From: a virus
Virus record (IMG/VR): IMGVR_UViG_3300049846_001316
Span: 14,170 to 78,169 of that record
DNA: 64,000 nucleotides
Direction: 5' to 3' (one strand)
Made by a program: the position numbers and the translations under genes. The notes below the pieces were generated by a model. It did no database searches. It worked only from the letters and a program-made list of their open reading frames with translations, and was not told the DNA's origin. Positions 48,782 through 55,884 of the stretch are shown piece by piece; within the stretch, counting starts at the first letter, position 1; each line of letters begins with the position of its first letter.

Positions 48782-49203
48782 GCCTCCTTCACTCGCTCGA
48801 GGTACGTGGGTGACGCGAGTCGGAGTTCCTGATCTCCGGCGCCCGGCTGGCTCTCCCGAATCTCATCCTGGGGGATCTGGAGATCACGACTCTGACTCGG
48901 GATGGTGTGGCCGATCAGCGCCTCGTTCGGGAGCGCGCCTGCGTGGTCCTCGCCACAGTCGAGACACCACCCGAACCGCAGGTGGTTCGCCGTGCGAAGG
49001 GTGGTCTGGAAGTTCATGAGCACCGCGATCCCGCCGTTGCCGATCGCGTGCAAGAGCAGCTCCACGTTGCGCGCGGTGTGGTCATCCGTGGTGGTGAGCC
49101 ACTCGCGCAGGTGTCCGCTGTCGATGGTGTTCCGGACAGTCGCCGCAGCATTCGCCTCAAGGGCGGCGCGGATCGGCTCCGGGAGATCTTCGGGATTCAT
49201 CAT
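48742..49203 (-). CDS. Hypothetical protein
   Basis: ATG 49203; CLDCGEDH motif. Confidence 0.5.
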   Translation of the reverse strand: MMNPEDLPEPIRAALEANAAATVRNTIDSGHLREWLTTTDDHTARNVELLLHAIGNGGIAVLMNFQTTLRTANHLRFGWCLDCGEDHAGALPNEALIGHTIPSQSRDLQIPQDEIRESQPGAGDQELRLASPTYLERVKEAWHAWLHRMVEDH

Positions 49204-49316
49204 GTACACAGTGGCCCCTAGAAGAGAAGAAGCCCGGTCGCGGGGCTCGAACGAGTGCGTATGCCAGCGAAGCACCACTCGTCCGAGCCCCGCGCCGGGG
49301 GCCTCACGGACGACGA

Positions 49317-50141
49317 CTAGAAGGGAACCTCGTCGTCGTCGCCCGAGTCCGTCGAGCCCGTCGCCGCCGGAGTCGCGGGCTCCTCGGGAGCCTGGTCGTT
49401 GGCGGGCGGGGTGTGCAGGAAGTCGCGGATCTGCCGGTACTGGGCGACGTACTCGCCCCACTCGGCCTCGGCCGTGTCCCCCGTGCGCACGAACGCCGGG
49501 ACCGCGTACTCCACCGAGCCACGCTTCTGCGCGGTGAGGGTGATCGTCGTGGTCGCGGTGAACGCGGGCTGCTTCGCCCGCATGAACCCGGAGAAGTACG
49601 CGTTCACCGGACGGATGCTCGACCGCTGGAGGGTGAGCAACGCCGGGGCGAGCGAGTCCGTACCGGGCACGGGCGCGAGGATGATGAGGGTCTTCTGGTC
49701 GGCGCACCACGGGGACTCCTTCCCCGGCATGGTGCCCCACTCCTTGAGCTTGCAGTCGGCGCACGAGATGCGCGGCACCTCGTCGTCGAAGTCGGACGCC
49801 GCGAGCCCCGCCTGCTTCCACGGGAAGGTCTTGTTGTTGGCGTACCCGATCTTGCCGTCGACCGACTTGCACAGGGGCGCGCTGCCCTGCTCGTCCGGGT
49901 CCCACAGGACTCGCTGCTCGACGTAGCCGAGGATCACGACGTCCTCCAGCTTGTCGAGCATGGCGCCGGACAGGCTGTCCTTGAACTTCGCCTCGGCCAT
50001 GACGATGGAGTAACGCGGAAGCACCACGTCGTCGGCACTGAAGTCCTCGAGGCCGATGAGGCCGTCGCGCTCCGGGTCGTACGCGGCGACTCCGCCACCG
50101 CTGCTTGCTGGCACCACTGCGGTGCCCTCTTCGTCGCTCAT
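49317..50141 (-). CDS. Putative single-stranded DNA-binding protein
   Basis: Acidic C-terminal DDDEVPF; Cys motifs; replication context. Confidence 0.6.
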   Translation of the reverse strand: MSDEEGTAVVPASSGGGVAAYDPERDGLIGLEDFSADDVVLPRYSIVMAEAKFKDSLSGAMLDKLEDVVILGYVEQRVLWDPDEQGSAPLCKSVDGKIGYANNKTFPWKQAGLAASDFDDEVPRISCADCKLKEWGTMPGKESPWCADQKTLIILAPVPGTDSLAPALLTLQRSSIRPVNAYFSGFMRAKQPAFTATTTITLTAQKRGSVEYAVPAFVRTGDTAEAEWGEYVAQYRQIRDFLHTPPANDQAPEEPATPAATGSTDSGDDDEVPF

Positions 50142-50190
50142 TGCGTGTTGTCCTCTCGTGGGTTGTTGGATTGTGGATTGGAGGGTTTCT

Positions 50191-50634
50191 CTAGCGAGCG
50201 GGTGAGCGCATCGCGTAGAACGTGAGCAGGCCGGCGAGTTCGTTCATCCGGGCTGCCTTGACGGTGAGGTCGATCTTGAGGATGTCGCACGCGCCTTCGA
50301 GTAGCTCGACATCGGCGCGGAGCTGCTGGACCTTCTGCTCCTGATCGTGGATGTTCGGGTCGGCCGCGAGCACCGTCTTGACGTAGCGGTCCGCTCCCGC
50401 CTGCGAGAGCTTCGGACCGTGCTCGGATTCGGTCGTCCAGTAGATGTCGATGGCGTTGGCGGTCGTCTCCGCGACCATGTGGTCGAGGTAGTCCACCGCG
50501 GCGCGCAGATGGTTCCGCTTGCCCGCAAGCTCGTCGCGCTGCTGTTCGTAGCGCGCGAGAGCGTCCTCCGCTGAATCCCACGGGACGTGGACGCCAAGGG
50601 TGTTCTCTGCGTACGTGACGGGGTTACCGGCCAT
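50191..50634 (-). CDS. Coiled-coil protein (possible recombination mediator)
   Basis: All-helical heptad pattern, upstream of the SSB. Confidence 0.45.
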   Translation of the reverse strand: MAGNPVTYAENTLGVHVPWDSAEDALARYEQQRDELAGKRNHLRAAVDYLDHMVAETTANAIDIYWTTESEHGPKLSQAGADRYVKTVLAADPNIHDQEQKVQQLRADVELLEGACDILKIDLTVKAARMNELAGLLTFYAMRSPAR

Positions 50635-50694
50635 GAAGAAAAACCTCGCTGAACTGATGGCAACTGCACCCTACAACGGGGGTGCGACACTGCG

Positions 50695-51132
50695 CTACTG
50701 GGCTGAACTATCGGGGGTTTCGGGCTGCCACTCGTCGGCAAGTGCGTTCGCCTGCTCGGCCATACGAGCCGACTCCTGACGCCGGCGCTCGAGCCACTCC
50801 AGGTACGCGTCGTCGCGCTCCTGGGTCGTCTCCGATTTCACTCGGATGCGCTGACGATAGGTACGGAATCCGTTGTACTTCATCCACCGGAGCAGCTCCG
50901 TCTCGGACACCCGCCAGTCGCGGCGGTCGCTGTCCGAGGGTGCGATGTTCTTGGCGCGGAGCTTGTCGGTCGGTTGGCCTCCGAGACTGATGCCCTCGTA
51001 GAACACGTAGCTCTTGCGGAAGTTGTCGACGTCACGGAACCCGAGGATTCCTGCGATCTGGTCGATCGTGTACAGGAAGATCGTTTCCGGGAGCTCGAAC
51101 TCGTTGGTCCGCATTCGCTTCCGGGCTGGCAT
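50695..51132 (-). CDS. Helix-turn-helix DNA-binding protein
   Basis: LYTIDQIA.IL...WRV.E.EL.RW, excisionase-like. Confidence 0.6.
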   Translation of the reverse strand: MPARKRMRTNEFELPETIFLYTIDQIAGILGFRDVDNFRKSYVFYEGISLGGQPTDKLRAKNIAPSDSDRRDWRVSETELLRWMKYNGFRTYRQRIRVKSETTQERDDAYLEWLERRRQESARMAEQANALADEWQPETPDSSAQ

Positions 51133-51405
51133 CAGAGCTGACTCCCTGTGTCGTGCCGGCTCTCAGCGGACGGATGACTGGATGCACTTGGGCTTGGAGG
51201 AATCCGCACCCTTCCAGCAGGGGTGGTCCTCACTCGGGGAACCGGCCAAGACTTTCTAACCGCGGCCGCGGCGCTTGGCGGGGTGTCCCATGCTTCATCC
51301 GTCCGCTCAGAGTCGGCTCTCAGCGAGCCAGACGAACGCCTAGAGGAACCAGCAACCCCCGACGCTACGTCTGACTCGCTGGGAGCCGACGCTCCCAGCA
51401 GGCCC

Positions 51406-51888
51406 CTACTTCTTGGCCTTGGCCTTGCGCTCGTTGGCCTTGGCCTTGAGAGGGTGGTAGCCCTCCTTCTGACCGGCCGCGGAGATGGCCTTGACGGCGA
51501 GCGGCTTCGCGTGCGTGGTGATGAAGCCGATCTCCTGCATGTCCTTGACGACGTTCGTGACCGCACCCGCGGAGGGCGCCGCGTCGAGCTTGTCGCTCTT
51601 CTGGATCTCGAGAGCGATCCGGTGCGGGGTGAGCGTCTTGCCCTCGTCGAGCTTGACCTTGCCCGCCACGAACCGCTCGATGACCTCGAGAACGTCGGTG
51701 GCCAGACCACCGCGACCGCGCCGCGGCTCCGAGCTCGACTTGCGGGTGGACTTCGCCGGCTTCGCCGGGGCCTTCTTCGCCGGCGCCTTCTTGGCGGTGG
51801 ACTTCGCGGGCTTGCGGGTCTTGGTGCCCGCGGCCTTCTTGGGGGCCTTGCGCACGCGCTTGGCAGGGGTGGTGGTGGTGTCGCTCAT
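51406..51888 (-). CDS. Histone-like (PAKK-repeat) + winged-helix protein
   Basis: K/A/P-rich N-terminus with repeated PAK(K); LTPHRIA...PSAGAV..V...G. Confidence 0.65.
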   Translation of the reverse strand: MSDTTTTPAKRVRKAPKKAAGTKTRKPAKSTAKKAPAKKAPAKPAKSTRKSSSEPRRGRGGLATDVLEVIERFVAGKVKLDEGKTLTPHRIALEIQKSDKLDAAPSAGAVTNVVKDMQEIGFITTHAKPLAVKAISAAGQKEGYHPLKAKANERKAKAKK

Positions 51889-51950
51889 GGTGAGGGTTCT
51901 CCTGTTCGGACCGGGCCGGGATTTCGGAACCGGTGGTTGGGGTGAAGAGC

Positions 51951-51980
51951 ACGGTACGTCTCTACCGTACCCAGTGTCAA
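51951..51980 (-). promoter_or_regulatory. SigA-like promoter with overlapping palindrome
   Basis: TTGACA-18 nt-TACCGT on the minus strand; ACGGTA-N6-TACCGT inverted repeat overlaps the -10. Confidence 0.6.
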
Positions 51981-52012
51981 GCCATTCCATGCTAACGACA
52001 AAGAGCGGCTCT

Positions 52013-52309
52013 TTATACGGCGGGAATGTCGTAGAGCTTCATGTGCCCCATGGCCACCGCACGGGCGTCCGCCCGCGAGATTCCGGTGACCATCTTGTAC
52101 ACCTCGCTCAACTCGTAGTGCCGGATCTCGACCTGGCCGTACACGTTGAAGCTCTCAATCTTTAGGGAGCCGCAACGGTCGCAGCGGGATTCCTGAGTCT
52201 GACTCAGCATGGACCGGCGCTTCACGAGTGGAACGATGTCGTCCCACCGGTGCATCATGCCGCGGCACTTGATCGCCTGCTCGAGGCTGAAGTCGTGCTC
52301 TGAGCTCAT
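52013..52309 (-). CDS. Hypothetical Zn-binding protein
   Basis: CR...H.W...C.RCG. Confidence 0.55.
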   Translation of the reverse strand: MSSEHDFSLEQAIKCRGMMHRWDDIVPLVKRRSMLSQTQESRCDRCGSLKIESFNVYGQVEIRHYELSEVYKMVTGISRADARAVAMGHMKLYDIPAV

Positions 52310-52533
52310 TCTCCGTCCTCCTGCTTTCGGCGGATCATCCAGATGTCTGCGCACACCGAGTACAGGTGCCGGAACGCAACGCCGGCGCACTCGACTGCCC
52401 GCCAACGGTGCGCGGTGCCTTCTCCGTAGCCCTGGTAGTCCTTGAGCGCATCGTTGAGCGCCCGGACTCGATCGCAGAGTTCCTTGGCTTCCGCTTCCAG
52501 CTCTTCGAGGGTGGTGAGGGTTGGTGTGGTCAT
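52306..52533 (-). CDS. Hypothetical protein
   Basis: ATG 52533 just after the recombinase; coupled to the next gene. Confidence 0.45.
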   Translation of the reverse strand: MTTPTLTTLEELEAEAKELCDRVRALNDALKDYQGYGEGTAHRWRAVECAGVAFRHLYSVCADIWMIRRKQEDGE

Positions 52534-52537
52534 GTCT

Positions 52538-53401
52538 TCATACCGCCTTGTTGGCCGCAGCCCGAAGTCCCGCCGTGGTGATTCCCACGTACGTCTCGGT
52601 CTGCGAGATGCTCGCGTGGCCGAGCAACTCCTGAACCGCACGGATGTCGTGCGTCTTCGCGTACACCTCGGTGGCGAACGTCGCCCTGAGGTCGTGGCTG
52701 GTGACGTGGCGCTCGACACCGGCCCGGACTCCCAGCTCCGTGATCAGGTCACGGGCAGTCCGGTTCTTGATGCCGACGAGCGGCGCGTCCATGCGGACCC
52801 ACGCGTCCGCACCGATGGCGCGGTCGAGGATCTTCGCCGCCACGTCGCTCACGGGCACGGTGCGCTCACGGGCGCCCTTCCCGAGGACCCATAGCGTCCG
52901 ATCGGCCGCGTTGTAGTGCGCAGGCGTGACGGCGACGGCCTCGCCCACACGGAGCCCACAGAGCCCGCAGAGGGCGACAAGAGCACGGTGCCGCGGATTG
53001 CCCGCCACCGCGACCATGGTGAGCACGTCACCGATCCCGCCCGGTAGCGGGTGAGGGATCGCTCTTCCCGGTGTCGGACCGTTGTACGCGGTGAGCATCG
53101 GGTAGGTCGGGTCGAGGTACTTCCACACGGTGCGGAACGAACCCAGTCGGCGCAGCACGGTCTTGGGCTTCCACTGGGTGCGCATCTCGTTGAGGTACGC
53201 CGCCACGATCGGTTCCATCGCCCGAGCGTCCCGAAGTTCGAGTTCGTCTGGTGCTGGAGCTCCAGCCGGCAGGCTCGAAATCCAGTCTCGGAGTCCTCGC
53301 AGGTCGCCGTCGTAGGCGCGGAGTGTCGTCTCGGGAGCACCGAGCATGGCGCGGTGCTCACAGAACTCGTCGATCATCTCGTCGAACTCGGTGATGTTCA
53401 T
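52538..53401 (-). CDS. Tyrosine recombinase (integrase/XerC-like)
   Basis: GLRVGE, GKG, HDLR.TFAT, LLGH...T..Y catalytic residues. Confidence 0.92.
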   Translation of the reverse strand: MNITEFDEMIDEFCEHRAMLGAPETTLRAYDGDLRGLRDWISSLPAGAPAPDELELRDARAMEPIVAAYLNEMRTQWKPKTVLRRLGSFRTVWKYLDPTYPMLTAYNGPTPGRAIPHPLPGGIGDVLTMVAVAGNPRHRALVALCGLCGLRVGEAVAVTPAHYNAADRTLWVLGKGARERTVPVSDVAAKILDRAIGADAWVRMDAPLVGIKNRTARDLITELGVRAGVERHVTSHDLRATFATEVYAKTHDIRAVQELLGHASISQTETYVGITTAGLRAAANKAV

Positions 53402-53555
53402 TCGTCGTCCTTCCCGAACAGGATCAGACCGAGTGTGATCACGATGGCGGCGGTGGAGTACCAACGCCACGTGTTGTGCTGGTGTGGTGCGAGCACGTCG
53501 GTGAGCAAGTCACAGACGCAGATCGCAGCCGTGACGATGGCAGCGGCGATGTACT

Positions 53556-53828
53556 TCACGACGCACCGCCCGCAGGCTCGGAGTGCTGGTTGCCCGGCGA
53601 GTCTCGGTGGGCGGTCCGGTTGTAATCCGGGTGCTCGCCCATGCAGCTCTCGCAGAGCCAGTCGGTTGTACGCGAGCGCATGACCTTTCCGTTCATGCCG
53701 AGTTGCACGAACTGGACGCGCCGCACGAACAACTTCGCTCGTGGGAACTGCTGCTTGCACTTGTCGCACGACAGGTCATATTGCCGGCGAGACTTCTGCT
53801 TGATGGGCTTGTATGGCGGGAAGCTCAT
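53556..53828 (-). CDS. Small Zn-finger protein
   Basis: CDKC...LCESC. Confidence 0.5.
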   Translation of the reverse strand: MSFPPYKPIKQKSRRQYDLSCDKCKQQFPRAKLFVRRVQFVQLGMNGKVMRSRTTDWLCESCMGEHPDYNRTAHRDSPGNQHSEPAGGAS

Positions 53829-53829
53829 T

Positions 53830-54516
53830 TCAACTCCAGGCGTTCTTGATTTTGGGAACGAGGGACGTGTTGGCACTGATCCAAGTGCAGTAGGCGCACT
53901 CGGCTCCGACCCAACGTGAGTATTCGTCAAGCACCAGCTCTCGCTTGTCCGGCTTGACGTCTTTGAAGTCCCGGAACCGGGCCTTATTGGGGGATTCGAC
54001 TCCCTGGTGATGCAGCCTCCACGCCTTGTAATCGACGCTGGAGTGATAAGCCGATTCACACGGGTGGTCTTCGTAGTCGTGGTTGCCGACGAAGTTGAGC
54101 CACAACTGACGTATGGCCCACCGCGCCTCACGAGGAGTGATCGCCCCAATGATCGTGTCTCCACCAGGGTCCTGCCAGTAGACCTGGATCAACTCGTGCT
54201 CCCAGATCAACTGCACCGTGATGCACACGAGTGAGTTGATGGCGACATCGAGATCCCAGGCCCCGCCGTGCTGCTCGAGCAAGTCCTGCTGCATGAGCTT
54301 GTAGTCCCACGGCATCGGGTCTTGCCGGAGCTTCATCGTCTCGAGCAAGTGCACGCACGGCTGCGCGTGGTTGCCACCGCACGGCTCCTCGACAACGACT
54401 CCACCCCGGTTCGGGCCGGTTTCGTCGGCAACGCACTTGAGCTCGATCCCCTCGGGGGAGTTGTCGAACCGCAGATAGTTCGGATTCCTGAGAGGTGGCA
54501 TTTGTACATCAGCCAT
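53830..54516 (-). CDS. Hypothetical protein with Cys/His motifs
   Basis: 228-aa ORF; PC.H, C...H, CAYC. Confidence 0.55.
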   Translation of the reverse strand: MADVQMPPLRNPNYLRFDNSPEGIELKCVADETGPNRGGVVVEEPCGGNHAQPCVHLLETMKLRQDPMPWDYKLMQQDLLEQHGGAWDLDVAINSLVCITVQLIWEHELIQVYWQDPGGDTIIGAITPREARWAIRQLWLNFVGNHDYEDHPCESAYHSSVDYKAWRLHHQGVESPNKARFRDFKDVKPDKRELVLDEYSRWVGAECAYCTWISANTSLVPKIKNAWS

Positions 54517-54664
54517 CGGACTTCTCCTCCGGCTTCGGCTTCGGCATGACGCGGGACGCGCGCTTCTTCGGGCACGTACACGGCGAAGTCATGCAGAACA
54601 TGCAGATTTCTTTGGGGTTCTTCTTCTTGACCATTATCTTCTCCGATGGTGCTGGTTATATGAG

Positions 54665-54711
54665 TGGGCCGGGTGGGAATCGAACCCACCTATTGCAAGT
54701 CCTGCCGGCCC
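54665..54711 (-). ncRNA. tRNA-like mini-element (acceptor stem + T-arm, no D or anticodon arms)
   Basis: GGGCCGG-15 nt-GTGGG TTCGATT CCCAC-CCGGCCC-A. Confidence 0.55.
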
Positions 54712-54971
54712 GGTTGCCTAGGCGTTGTCGTCGAAGTGACGCCAACCCCACCCGGTGACATCTCGATCACGACCAAGGAAGATGACCACCTCGGCCTTGA
54801 GTCCGTCGATGTACAGGAGCACTCGGGTGGTGCCCTCGTACTGCCCGTCGATGACGCGATCGTTGACGCACCCGGCGTCGTACTCGTGCCGCATGGCGGA
54901 CATGCCGCTCGCGGATTCGTACAGCTCCGGTGGAACGTCTTCGATCGAGCCCGTTGTCCACCCGTGGTCGG

Positions 54972-55400
54972 TCACGACTTCCGGTCCCGTGCGGCGATGA
55001 TCCGGAGCCACCGTGCCGCGGTGCGGATCGTCCCGTCTCGACCGCCCACGTGAGCGTCGAGGTGCTCCGCGATCGCCTCGGTGAGGGCGGCGCGCCCTTG
55101 CGCCGACAGGCGGCGCAGGATCACGTCTCCAGCGCCCACGGGCGGCTCGTCGGGCTCGGTGGCCGTCAGGTCGAGCAAGACCACCGGCTCGGGCTCGGGC
55201 AGTACCTCGGGCACCTCGGTGCGCATGGCCTCGCGGATGCGGGCCGCACTTCCCTCGAGGGAGTCCGCGATGGCGTCGAGTGGTGCCTGCTCCGACTGCG
55301 GCGGCGGGTAGCTCCCTCCGTTGACTGATGGCATCTGAAGTCCTTCCACGATCACCGGCCCGCGTGCGAGCACGAAGTCGGCATCGGTTTCGTAGTTCAC
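54972..55400 (-). CDS. Hypothetical protein
   Basis: 142-aa ORF after a hairpin and leader motif. Confidence 0.5.
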   Translation of the reverse strand: MNYETDADFVLARGPVIVEGLQMPSVNGGSYPPPQSEQAPLDAIADSLEGSAARIREAMRTEVPEVLPEPEPVVLLDLTATEPDEPPVGAGDVILRRLSAQGRAALTEAIAEHLDAHVGGRDGTIRTAARWLRIIAARDRKS

Positions 55401-55884
55401 GATCGGGCCTTTCCCGAAGTCGTTGGTTGTATGGGACGAGTCCCGCTGGCGGCTCCGACGTTGAGGGGGAGAAGAAGACCCTCGCAGCCGAAGCCGCCGG
55501 CGGGACTCGCCGGCACGCCAGGGAGAACTCTGTTACCGTGCCGATGGGAACCGGAGCACGAGAGTCCAGGGGCAGGCGAGCCGACGAACCACGCTCACTT
55601 CATGCAGCCTCCTCATTCTTCTCGTTATACGAGAGGCAGTCGCACAGGTCGCACTCGGGCCAGTCGTCGTGATCCGACGACAGGTGCCCGCACGTGCACT
55701 TGTGCTCGACGTGGCGTGCGTACTCAGACATCGAGCCGCACCTCCAGGAGAGCTGCGCAGCCGGAGCAGTACAGCATCTCGTCGTGGTAGTCACCGAAGC
55801 CGATGTCGACTCGGTGCTTGGACCGGGCGCCGCACCAGGGGCATGGCGCGAGCCACTCGCGCCATGCCGCCCGGATCTTGCGGA

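Noticed and set aside
51155-51390. Hammerhead ribozyme (CTGAGAG and GAAA present on the minus strand)
   Set aside because: Core elements are not in the required order or stem context by eye
54665-54711. Call as a functional tRNA-Ala(UGC) because of CTTGCAA in the connector
   Set aside because: No anticodon stem or D arm, no G3:U70 and no CCA; reported as a tRNA-like element instead
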